NCBI GenBank assembly: GCA_964516845.1
Contig: CAZEXP010000006.1
Location: forward strand, 16,503-80,502
DNA from: an uncultured bacterium
GTDB lineage: Bacteria > Joyebacterota > Joyebacteria > Joyebacterales > Joyebacteraceae
Reading direction: 5' to 3'
Length of the DNA stretch: 64,000 bases
The position numbers were made by a program, and so were the translations under genes. This document shows positions 45,530-54,065 of the stretch, one piece after another (positions within the stretch are counted from its first letter, which is position 1; each line of letters starts with the position of its first letter). A model generated the notes under the pieces. It searched no databases. It was not told where the DNA came from and was given only the letters and a program-made list of their open reading frames with translations.

Positions 45530-46509
45530 GCGGGCCGATCGATTGCGTCGTGGCGGTCACGTACCGCTGCAATTCACGATGTGTGATGTGCGACATCTGG
45601 AAGTCGGGCGGCGACCGGGAGCGGGAACTCGCGCCCGAGGACTACCGCTGGCTTCCGACGAGCCTGCGCTCGATCAACGTCAGCGGCGGGGAGCCGTTTC
45701 TCCGCGACGACATCGTCGACATCGTCCGGATCATGCGTGAGCGATGTCCGGGCGCGAGGATCGTCATCTCGACGAACGGGCTCCAGCCGGAACGGATCGA
45801 GCAGGCCGTGACGCAGATGCCGGGCGTCGCGATCAGGATCTCGGTCGATGGTATCGGCGAGGCGCACGACGCGGTGCGTGGAGTGCCCGGCGCGTACGAC
45901 CGCGCGATGGAGACAGTCGAGCGCCTGAGGGCTATCGGCGTTGCGGATCTCGGGCTGGCCGCGACGGCGACCGACTCGAACGTCGGGGGTGTCACAAGGG
46001 TTCGCGACAAGACCAGGGAACTCGGCCTCAAGTTCAGCGTGACCGCGGCCCACAGCTCGCCAATCTTCTTTGGCGAGCACTCGGTGGAACGGCCGCATAC
46101 TGCGGAGTCGGTCCGTGAGATGGCCGGCATCATGCGCGACCTCCTGCGTTCGTGGAGGCCGTTCGAGTGGGCAAAGGCCTACTACGTGCGCGGGCTGATC
46201 GAGTACATTCGCGGACGCCCCAGGAGGCTGCCGTGCCGCGCCGGGACGGACTTCTTCTTCCTCGATCCGTGGGGCGACGTCTATCCGTGCAACGTCGGAG
46301 GAACGCTGATCGGCAATATCCGTGACGGGAGTTTCGCGACGATCCGAAGACGCGCCTGGACGAAGGTCAGCGAAGCCGTCAACGCGTGCGAGGTGCAGTG
46401 CTGGATGGTGTGCACGGTGGGTGCACCGATGAAGAGACGGCCGCTTCGGCCCATGCTCTGGATACTGGGGGCCAGGCTGCTCGGGCTTGACACCCGTGTG
46501 GACCGATGA
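45526..46509 (+). CDS. Radical SAM enzyme with additional C-terminal Cys clusters (SPASM-like), embedded in the polysaccharide locus
   Basis: 327 aa. CNSRCVMC (CX3CX2C) at residues 14-21. Further Cys pairs downstream: LPCRAG...YPCNVG and CEVQCWMVC. GTG/ATG overlaps the upstream stop. Confidence 0.75.
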   Translation: MSGPIDCVVAVTYRCNSRCVMCDIWKSGGDRERELAPEDYRWLPTSLRSINVSGGEPFLRDDIVDIVRIMRERCPGARIVISTNGLQPERIEQAVTQMPGVAIRISVDGIGEAHDAVRGVPGAYDRAMETVERLRAIGVADLGLAATATDSNVGGVTRVRDKTRELGLKFSVTAAHSSPIFFGEHSVERPHTAESVREMAGIMRDLLRSWRPFEWAKAYYVRGLIEYIRGRPRRLPCRAGTDFFFLDPWGDVYPCNVGGTLIGNIRDGSFATIRRRAWTKVSEAVNACEVQCWMVCTVGAPMKRRPLRPMLWILGARLLGLDTRVDR

Positions 46510-46549
46510 GACGCTCTGATGCGTCGCCCGAAGGGAGTCCGGACTCTCG

Positions 46550-47770
46550 ATGAAGGTGCTCGCCGCGAACAAATTCTACTTCGTGAAGGGTGGCGCCGAG
46601 CGCTACTTCTTTGAGCTCGCCCATATCCTTGAGGAGCGAGGTCATCGGGTCGCTCCGTTCGCGATGCAGCACGAGATGAACGACGAGAGCGAGTTCGACC
46701 GCTACTTCGTGTCGAACGTGGGTTTCAACGGCGAGATGGGGACGGCGCGGCGTCTCAGGATGGCGTGTCACGTGCTCTACTCCCGTGAGGCGAGCAGGGC
46801 GATCGGGCGGTTGGCGGACGCCTTCAAGCCCGACGTGGCGCATCTGCACAACATCGCGCACCAGCTGTCACCGTCGATCCTGTACGCGCTCAGACGGAGA
46901 GGCGTGCCCATCGTGCAGACTCTGCACGATCACAAACTGATCTGCCCGAACTACCAGATGTTCGTGCACGATGAACCGTGCCGTCGCTGTCGGACGTGGA
47001 GATACTACAACGCGGTGAAGCACCGGTGCATGCATGACTCGCTCCTGTGGAGCGGTCTCGTCTGCGCCGAAGCGTACCTGCACAAGTTCCTGGGGAGCTA
47101 CTCGCGTCTTGTGGATCTGTGGATCTCTCCGAGCGAATCGCTCCGGGAGCGCATGATCGAACACGGCGTGCCGGGCCGCAAGATCGTCCATCAGCCGTAC
47201 GCGATCGCGCTGGAGCGGTTCGAACCGAGGTATGAGAGCGAGGGCTACGCCGTCTCCGTGGGGCGTCTGTCGACCGGGAAGGGACTGACGACCGTGCTCG
47301 AGGCGCTGAGGAGCGCGCCCGGGGTACGGTTCAAGATCGTCGGCTCCGGCCCGCTCGAGGACGAACTGAAGCGGCGCGCGCGGGAACTCGGACTCACGAA
47401 CATCGAGTTCACCGGGTATCTGAAGGGACAGGCGCTTGCGGACCTCATGCGCGGCGCCCTCTTCGTTGTGATGTCGTCGGAGTGCTTCGAGAATTCGCCG
47501 TTGACCGTCTATGAGGCGACGGCGTATGGGAAGGCGGTTGTCGGGTCGCGCATGGGCGGGATTCCCGAGCTCATCGCCGAGGGGGTAACCGGCCTGATCT
47601 ACGAGCCCGGGGACCACACCGGGCTGGCGGACCGGATGAACGAGTTGTGGAACGACCCGGGCCGGGCGATCGAGATGGGGCGCAGGGCGCGGGCGAGAGC
47701 CGAGGCCGAGTACGGTCCCGATGCGCACTATGAGAAGATGATGGCGATATACGAAAGGGTCATGCATTGA
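46550..47770 (+). CDS. Glycosyltransferase family 4
   Basis: 406 aa. ...MSSECFENSPLTVYEATAYGKAVVGSRMGGIPELI is the GT4 EX7E motif. Confidence 0.8.
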   Translation: MKVLAANKFYFVKGGAERYFFELAHILEERGHRVAPFAMQHEMNDESEFDRYFVSNVGFNGEMGTARRLRMACHVLYSREASRAIGRLADAFKPDVAHLHNIAHQLSPSILYALRRRGVPIVQTLHDHKLICPNYQMFVHDEPCRRCRTWRYYNAVKHRCMHDSLLWSGLVCAEAYLHKFLGSYSRLVDLWISPSESLRERMIEHGVPGRKIVHQPYAIALERFEPRYESEGYAVSVGRLSTGKGLTTVLEALRSAPGVRFKIVGSGPLEDELKRRARELGLTNIEFTGYLKGQALADLMRGALFVVMSSECFENSPLTVYEATAYGKAVVGSRMGGIPELIAEGVTGLIYEPGDHTGLADRMNELWNDPGRAIEMGRRARARAEAEYGPDAHYEKMMAIYERVMH

Positions 47771-48864
47771 AGATCGCGATGCTCGGGCAGAAGGGGATTC
47801 CCGCCACGTACGGCGGTATCGAGCGCCACGTAGAGGAGCTCGCGACCCGTCTCGTGGAGCGCGGCCATGAGGTGACCGTCTACTGCCGGCCCTACTACAC
47901 GAAGGTCACCGGCGACTACCGGGGCGTGAAGCTCCAGTCGATCCCCAGTATCAGAACGAAGCACATGGACACCGCATCGCACTGCGCGCTGGCGATGCCG
48001 CACATCATGTCGCAGGGCTACGACATCGTTCATTTCCACGCGCTCGGGCCGTCGCTCTTCTCGAAGCTGCCGCGACACCGGGGGATGAAGACGCTCGTGA
48101 CCGTGCACGGTCTCGACTGGCAGCGTGAGAAGTGGGGTGCTTTCGCGACCTGGGTCCTCAAGCGCGGCGAATACACGTCGGTCTACTATCCCGACCGCAC
48201 GGTCGTCGTCTCGAAGGCGCTTCGTGAGTACTTCTGGTTGCGCTACGACTACAGCGCAACGTACATTCCGAACGGAACGGTGCTCCCGCACGTGCGCGAG
48301 GCCGAGAAGATCCGCGAGTTCGGTCTGGATCCAGGCAACTACGTGCTGTTCGTCGGTCGTCTCGTTCCGGAGAAGGGATGCCACTATCTCCTCGATGCGT
48401 ACCGGAAGCTCAATACGGACATGCCGCTGGTTGTCGCGGGCGGCACCAGTTTCTCGTCGGACTATGTTGACCAGCTCCACAAGCTCGGCGGGGACCGCGC
48501 GCGGTTTCTCGGGTATGTCTACGGTGACGTGCTCGATGAGCTCTACTCCAACGCGCGCATCTTCGTCCTTCCGTCGGATCTCGAGGGACTCCCGATCGCG
48601 CTGCTTGAGGCCATGAGCTTCGGGAACTGCTGTCTGACGAGCGACATCGCTGAGAATCTGGAGGTCATAGGAGACTGCGGCGTGACGTTCAAGCAGGGCG
48701 ACATCGAAGACCTCGCGTCTCACCTGCAGGAACTGATCGATGACCCGGACCGCTGCAAGTCGCTCGGCGAGCGAGCCAGGCGGCACGTGCTGCAAACGTA
48801 CGATTGGGATGGTGTGACGCTTCACACGGAGGCGCTCTACTACTCGCTGATGCGGGGGTTCTAG
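47767..48864 (+). CDS. Glycosyltransferase family 4
   Basis: 365 aa. ...LPSDLEGLPIALLEAMSFGNCCLTSDIAENLEV. 4-bp overlap with the upstream gene. Confidence 0.8.
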   Translation: MKIAMLGQKGIPATYGGIERHVEELATRLVERGHEVTVYCRPYYTKVTGDYRGVKLQSIPSIRTKHMDTASHCALAMPHIMSQGYDIVHFHALGPSLFSKLPRHRGMKTLVTVHGLDWQREKWGAFATWVLKRGEYTSVYYPDRTVVVSKALREYFWLRYDYSATYIPNGTVLPHVREAEKIREFGLDPGNYVLFVGRLVPEKGCHYLLDAYRKLNTDMPLVVAGGTSFSSDYVDQLHKLGGDRARFLGYVYGDVLDELYSNARIFVLPSDLEGLPIALLEAMSFGNCCLTSDIAENLEVIGDCGVTFKQGDIEDLASHLQELIDDPDRCKSLGERARRHVLQTYDWDGVTLHTEALYYSLMRGF

Positions 48865-49829
48865 TGGAGACGGCTGTCTCGCGCGCCCGGATGAACCGAC
48901 CGTCCCGGGTCCAGGGTTCCCGGGATGAGACGGAGGAGCGAGTGGATTTCGCCCGGATGCTTGATGACGAGCGCAGGACCGTCGAGCGCACGTTCGACAC
49001 GTGTCTTCCGTCCGAGGGCGAGTATCCCACGGTCATTCACGAGGCGATCCGCTACGCGGCCCTCGGCGGCGGGAAGCGGATCCGTCCCATCCTTGTGCGG
49101 GCGACGGCGCGCGCGTTGGGATTCGAGCCGGAGCGGGTGACGAAGGCTGCATGTGCTGTGGAATACGTGCACTGCAGCTCGCTCGTGCTCGACGACCTTC
49201 CCTCGATGGACGACGCGACGACGCGGCGCGGCCGTCCGACGGTGCATCGCGCGTTCGGTGTCGCCACGGCCATCCTGTCGGCTGACGCGCTTCTCATGCA
49301 CGCCTTCCGACTGGTGGCGGAGAACGGTGTCGAGGTCGGGGCGAACACCAGGAGCCTGGCGACGGCCATCAGCGAGTTGGCGACCGCGGTCGGGTCCTAC
49401 GGGATGGTGGGCGGTCAGCACGTAGACCTGGAATCCGCCGCACTCCCCGAAGCGACGGCGGAGACGGTAGAGTACATACAGAGCAGGAAGACGGGCTCTC
49501 TCTTCGTTGTGGCCGGCACGATCGGCGCGACGCTGCTGGGTGTATCGGCGGAGACGCGAGCGGCGCTCGCGGCGTATGCCAGGAACGTCGGGCTGGCGTA
49601 TCAGATCGTGGACGACATCCTCGATGCGGAGAGCGACGCCGGGACGCTGGGCAAGGACGTGCGCCAGGACTCGGGGAAGCCGACGTTCGTGACCCTTCGC
49701 GGCATCGACGGGGCGAGGTCGCTGGCCGTGGAGCTCGCTGAAGAGGCGCGCGCGACGCTTGGCACACTGGATGCCGACACGGACGAACTCGACAGACTGG
49801 CCGAATACTGCGTGGACCGGTCCCGTTGA
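48864..49829 (+). CDS. Polyprenyl diphosphate synthase (FPP/GGPP synthase family)
   Basis: First aspartate-rich motif LVLDDLPSMDDATTRRG and second DDILD. GTG 48864 or ATG 48891 is the start. Confidence 0.8.
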   Translation: METAVSRARMNRPSRVQGSRDETEERVDFARMLDDERRTVERTFDTCLPSEGEYPTVIHEAIRYAALGGGKRIRPILVRATARALGFEPERVTKAACAVEYVHCSSLVLDDLPSMDDATTRRGRPTVHRAFGVATAILSADALLMHAFRLVAENGVEVGANTRSLATAISELATAVGSYGMVGGQHVDLESAALPEATAETVEYIQSRKTGSLFVVAGTIGATLLGVSAETRAALAAYARNVGLAYQIVDDILDAESDAGTLGKDVRQDSGKPTFVTLRGIDGARSLAVELAEEARATLGTLDADTDELDRLAEYCVDRSR

Positions 49830-49920
49830 GACGGGGGTACCACGGGGGCCGGATGACGGTGAACGCCTGGAGGATGGGCCGGGCCCCGAAGATGGAGCTG
49901 GTCCTGACGATGGAGAACAT

Positions 49921-50979
49921 ATGCTCTACCCGGTGATACTCGCGGGAGGATGGGGCGAGCGGCTGTGGCCGATGAGCACGCCCACCCGACCGAAGCAGGT
50001 CCTTACGCTCGGAGGAGACCGGTCGCTCGTCGGCCGGACACTCGACCGTGTGGCGTCCGTCGCGGTCCCCGAGCGAGCGCTCGTCATGACGAGCGCGCAG
50101 ATCGGCGGCAAGATACCGGCGGAGCTGCCCGGCGTGCCCGCGGAGCGCATCATCGCGGAGCCCATGCGGAAGAACACGGCTCCGGCGATCGCGCTGGCCG
50201 CGCACCTGCTCTGCATCGAGGACGAGGACGCCGTGATGGTCGTGCTCCCCGCGGATCACATCATCGGGGATGACGACGAATTCCGTCGGACGATCCAGGT
50301 CGCGGCCGACGCGGCGAACGACCTGCGCGCGCTGGTGACGCTCGGCATCACTCCGTCGCGCCCCGATACCGAATACGGCTACATCGAAGCGGGGGACGCC
50401 GCCGGCAACGGCGCGTTCCGGGTTCGGCGCTTCACCGAGAAGCCGGACGCGGCGACGGCCGCCGGTTTCCTCGACGCCGGGGGGTACTACTGGAACAGTG
50501 GCATGTTCATATGGCGTGCGGACGTGTTTCTCACAGAGGTCGCGGAGCAGTTGCCGGACGTCGCATCGGCGCTCGCGGGTGTCACCCTGACCCCGGGCGC
50601 GCCCGGGTTCACCCGGCAGATGAACGCATTCTACGAGGAAACGCCGTCGATCTCGGTCGACTACGGCATTATGGAGAGGACGCAGCGGGCACTCGTCGTC
50701 CCCGCGGACTTCGGATGGGACGACGTCGGAGCCTGGTCGGCGCTCGGTCGCGTGTGGGCGCCCGATGAGCGCGGCAATTCCCCGCAGGGGGAGGTCGTGC
50801 TGCTCGACTCGAACGACTGCATCGCGTACGCTGAAGGCGGCGTTGTAGCGGCCGTCGGGGTCGAGGGGCTCATCGTGGTCCATACGCCCGAGGCGACCAT
50901 CGTTTGTCCAAGAGAGAGAGCCCGCGAGGTCCGTGACCTTCTCGCGGAGGTCAGACGGCGTGCGGCGGGCAAGCAGTAG
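49921..50979 (+). CDS. Mannose-1-phosphate guanylyltransferase (GDP-mannose pyrophosphorylase, ManC/CpsB-type, no isomerase domain)
   Basis: Start taken at MLYPVILAGGWGERLWP (ATG 49921). GGxGxRL nucleotidyltransferase motif and ...YYWNSGMFIWRADVF. Confidence 0.8.
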   Translation: MLYPVILAGGWGERLWPMSTPTRPKQVLTLGGDRSLVGRTLDRVASVAVPERALVMTSAQIGGKIPAELPGVPAERIIAEPMRKNTAPAIALAAHLLCIEDEDAVMVVLPADHIIGDDDEFRRTIQVAADAANDLRALVTLGITPSRPDTEYGYIEAGDAAGNGAFRVRRFTEKPDAATAAGFLDAGGYYWNSGMFIWRADVFLTEVAEQLPDVASALAGVTLTPGAPGFTRQMNAFYEETPSISVDYGIMERTQRALVVPADFGWDDVGAWSALGRVWAPDERGNSPQGEVVLLDSNDCIAYAEGGVVAAVGVEGLIVVHTPEATIVCPRERAREVRDLLAEVRRRAAGKQ

Positions 50980-50994
50980 AGGGAGAGGGAGCGG

Positions 50995-51993
50995 ATGCCC
51001 CAACTGAGAAAAGACCCTGTCCTCGGACGCTGGGTGATCATCGCGACGGAGCGCGGGAAGCGCCCGACGGACTTCGCTCATGACAGGGAGCGCCGCCGCG
51101 GCGGTTTCTGTCCGTTCTGTGAGGGCAACGAAGACAAGACACCTCCGGAGGTCTTCGCCTACCGGCCGAGGTCCTCGAAGCCGGACATGCCGGGTTGGGA
51201 TGTGCGTGTCGTTCCGAACAAGTTCCCCGCTCTCGCCATCGAAGGCGAACTCGAGCGGGCGGGCGAAGGCATGTACGACAAGATGAACGGCGTCGGGGCG
51301 CATGAGGTCATCATTGAGACGACGGACCATGACGCGGAGCTGGCAGAGCAGTCTGCCGAGCACATCGCCCTGATCCTCAAGGCGGTTCAGGATCGGATGG
51401 TGGACCTTCAGGGCGACACGCGGTTCCGATACATCCAGTTCTTCCGGAACCGGGGCGGCGCGGCGGGGGCGTCGCTTGAGCACCCGCACTCGCAGCTGAT
51501 CGCTCTCCCGATCATCCCGAAGCGACTTGTCGAGGAACTGGCGGGAAGCAAGAAGTACTACGGTTACAAGGAGCGGTGCGTCTTCTGCGACATCGTCGCG
51601 CAGGAGTCGTGGACGCGGAACCGCATCGTCGTCGAGAACGACGGCTTCATCTCGGTGGCGCCGTTCGCGGCACGGTTCCCGTTCGAGACCTGGATCCTCC
51701 CGCGGAAGCACGATCCATCGTTTGAGGACATCGGTGAGGACGACCGACTTGCCTTCGCTGAGGTGCTCAAGGAGACGCTGATGCGGATGAATGCGGCTCT
51801 CGATGACCCACCATACAATCTCATTCTTCACACCTCGCCGGTCGGCGAGAGGGATCTCAAGTACTACCACTGGCACTTCGAGATCATGCCGAAGCTCACC
51901 AAGGTCGCGGGGTTCGAGTGGGGCTCCGGGTTCTACATCAACCCGACCCCGCCCGAGGACGCGGCCAAATACCTCAGGGAAGTGGAGCTCTAG
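50995..51993 (+). CDS. GalT-family HIT nucleotidyltransferase (galactose-1-phosphate uridylyltransferase-like / possible ADP-glucose phosphorylase)
   Basis: 332 aa. Zn site FCPFCEGNE and active-site EHPHSQ (HPH motif). Immediately upstream of glgA. Confidence 0.8.
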   Translation: MPQLRKDPVLGRWVIIATERGKRPTDFAHDRERRRGGFCPFCEGNEDKTPPEVFAYRPRSSKPDMPGWDVRVVPNKFPALAIEGELERAGEGMYDKMNGVGAHEVIIETTDHDAELAEQSAEHIALILKAVQDRMVDLQGDTRFRYIQFFRNRGGAAGASLEHPHSQLIALPIIPKRLVEELAGSKKYYGYKERCVFCDIVAQESWTRNRIVVENDGFISVAPFAARFPFETWILPRKHDPSFEDIGEDDRLAFAEVLKETLMRMNAALDDPPYNLILHTSPVGERDLKYYHWHFEIMPKLTKVAGFEWGSGFYINPTPPEDAAKYLREVEL

Positions 51994-51995
51994 AG

Positions 51996-53501
51996 ATGAG
52001 GGTCGTCTTTGCGTCGGCGGAGGTTGCTCCATACGCCCGCGTCGGAGGGCTGTCCGACGTCGTCGGCGCGCTGCCCAAGGAGATCGCCGCGCTCGGTCAC
52101 GAGCCGATCGTGTTCCTGCCGCTCTACGCGTCCGTCGACAGGAAGGCGCACGGTGTGATTCCCGTCGAAGGTCTCGGGGCGCTCCGAGTTCCCATGGGGG
52201 AGAAGACCGAGGAGGTCGCGCTTCACACGGCGACGATGCCGGGCGCGCCCGGTGTGCGCGTGTACTTCGTGGGGCATGAGGGAGCCTTCGGGCGCGAGGG
52301 GATCTACGTCGATCCCGCGACCGGCCACGGCTACCCGGACGAGGTCGAACGGTTCGCGCTCCTCAGCCGCGCTCTTCTTGAGTCGCTGCTGGCGCTCGAG
52401 CTGGCACCCGACGTCATCCATCTCAACGATCACCACACCGCGTTCGCGGCCGCGTATCTGCGCGAGCTCTACCGTGACACGGCGCTTGCGCGCGCCGGGA
52501 TCGTCTTCAGCATCCACAACCTGGCCTATCTCGGAACGTTCGATTCCTCCAGACTCCCGGGCATCGGATTCCCCGAGGAAACATGCGCTCCCGGAAGCCC
52601 CTTCGAATACAAGGGACAGGTGAGCGCGCTCAAGCTCGGGATCGAGTACGCGGACTTCGTCAACACGGTCAGTGAGCGGTACGCCGTCGAGATCAGCTCA
52701 GATCCGAAGTTCGGTCACGGGCTTGAAGGAGCGCTTGCCGAGAAGCGCGGGCGGGGAAGGCTCCTGGGTATCCTCAACGGTGTGGACTACAGCGTGTGGG
52801 ATCCGTCGGTGGACGCGCTCATTCCGTCGCGGTACGATGCCGCCGACCTCACGGGCAAGACGAAGTGCCGGAATGCGCTCGTCGAGCGAGCGGGCCTCGT
52901 CGAGTCCGACGGCCCGATCATCGGTATCGTGTCCCGCCTGGCGGACCAGAAGGGTTTCGACCTGATCCGCGAGGTCGCCGACGAGATCATCGCGTTGGGA
53001 GCGCGCCTCGTCGTGCTCGGGACGGGACAGCCTGAGTACCACGAGTTCCTCGCGGAGCTCTCGGTACGGCACGAAGGTCTGGTCTCGACGACCCTGGCGT
53101 TCGACAACAAGCTCGCGCATTGGATCGAGGCGGGGTCGGACATGTTTCTGATGCCGTCGCTCTATGAGCCGTGCGGGCTCAACCAGATGTACAGTCTCCG
53201 CTACGGGACGGTGCCCGTCGTTCGCGCGACCGGAGGTCTCGTGGACACCGTGCAGGATTTCGATCCGGCGACCGGAACGGGAGTGGGTTTCGTCTTCGGG
53301 CCGTACGAATCGAAGGCCATGCTCGGAGCGATCGAGCGCGCCGTCGCGACCTATGCGGACAGCGCGATCTGGAGAGGCATCGTCCAGCGGGGCATGGCGC
53401 TGGATTTCAGCTGGAAGGCCTCTGCCGTGCGCTACCTCGAGCTCTACGAGCGGGCGGCTTCCAGGCCCGCAAAGCCCACTGAAGTGGGGCTTTCGGCTTG
53501 A
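51996..53501 (+). CDS. glgA: Glycogen/starch synthase GlgA (ADP-glucose type, GT5)
   Basis: ATG 3 nt after the GalT-like stop. MRVVFASAEVAPYARVGGLSDVVGALPKE carries the K-x-G-G-L motif. GT-B fold along the whole length. Confidence 0.9.
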   Translation: MRVVFASAEVAPYARVGGLSDVVGALPKEIAALGHEPIVFLPLYASVDRKAHGVIPVEGLGALRVPMGEKTEEVALHTATMPGAPGVRVYFVGHEGAFGREGIYVDPATGHGYPDEVERFALLSRALLESLLALELAPDVIHLNDHHTAFAAAYLRELYRDTALARAGIVFSIHNLAYLGTFDSSRLPGIGFPEETCAPGSPFEYKGQVSALKLGIEYADFVNTVSERYAVEISSDPKFGHGLEGALAEKRGRGRLLGILNGVDYSVWDPSVDALIPSRYDAADLTGKTKCRNALVERAGLVESDGPIIGIVSRLADQKGFDLIREVADEIIALGARLVVLGTGQPEYHEFLAELSVRHEGLVSTTLAFDNKLAHWIEAGSDMFLMPSLYEPCGLNQMYSLRYGTVPVVRATGGLVDTVQDFDPATGTGVGFVFGPYESKAMLGAIERAVATYADSAIWRGIVQRGMALDFSWKASAVRYLELYERAASRPAKPTEVGLSA

Positions 53502-53526
53502 CACATCCGAACCCGGCAGCTATACT
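53498..53526 (+). promoter_or_regulatory. Consensus sigma70-type promoter for the tRNA-Gly/Cys/Leu cluster
   Basis: TTGACA (53498-53503, overlapping the glgA stop), an exact 17-nt spacer, then TATACT (53521-53526). tRNA-Gly begins 22 nt downstream. Confidence 0.5.
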
Positions 53527-53547
53527 GACCATCTGATGTACAACAGT

Positions 53548-53622
53548 GCGGGAATAGCTCAGTGGTAGAGCGCCACCTTGCCAAGGTGGATGTCGCGGGT
53601 TCGAGCCCCGTTTCCCGCTCCA
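53548..53622 (+). tRNA. tRNA-Gly (GCC)
   Basis: Cloverleaf: acceptor GCGGGAA/TTCCCGC, anticodon loop TTGCCAA, T-loop GGTTCGAGC, 3' CCA encoded. Confidence 0.9.
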
Positions 53623-53669
53623 GACATATGTGGCAGGGGCTGGGCTTCACGGCCCCTGCCCGCACGATA

Positions 53670-53746
53670 CGGCGGCGTAGCCAAGTGGCTAAGGCAGTGG
53701 ATTGCAAATCCATGATCCCCCGGTTCGAATCCGGGCGCCGCCTCCA
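53670..53746 (+). tRNA. tRNA-Cys (GCA)
   Basis: Acceptor GGCGGCG/CGCCGCC, anticodon loop TTGCAAA, T-loop GGTTCGAAT, CCA encoded. Confidence 0.9.
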
Positions 53747-53824
53747 GAACATCACCGGGCCGGTGGCCGGATCCCGTGCGTCAGGCACGCGGGCACCGGC
53801 TGTCGGCCCGGCTCTTCTTCCGCC

Positions 53825-53913
53825 GCCGGGGTGGCGAAACTGGTAGACGCATCGGACTTAAAATCCGTCGGGTCTTTCGACCCATGCCGGTTCGAATCCG
53901 GCCCCCGGCACCA
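53825..53913 (+). tRNA. tRNA-Leu (TAA)
   Basis: Acceptor GCCGGGG/CCCCGGC, anticodon loop CTTAAAA, long variable arm, T-loop GGTTCGAAT, CCA encoded. Confidence 0.85.
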
Positions 53914-54065
53914 CACCATTCCCCGCAGCACTCCAGCATCATGGCTGACCGGCTCACACGCTCCAACGGAGAGGTCGTGTATTCGTAACAGGGCACAAGT
54001 TATGCAAGTTAGCATGACGCGGAATGGCTGCGCACGCCCTTCTGTGACGCTCCCCGTGGAGGGTT

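Noticed and set aside
49369-52032. 887-aa minus-strand ORF (and similar long antisense ORFs at 42251-44698, 54009-56279, 8967-10829, 63236-63637 and others)
   Set aside because: They are antisense to well-supported + strand genes, Arg/Pro/Gly-rich, and have no recognisable domains. This is typical of stop-codon-poor GC-rich DNA.
53444-53996. Minus- and plus-strand small ORFs across 53.4-54.0 kb
   Set aside because: They overlap the three tRNA genes and their promoter. These are non-coding.
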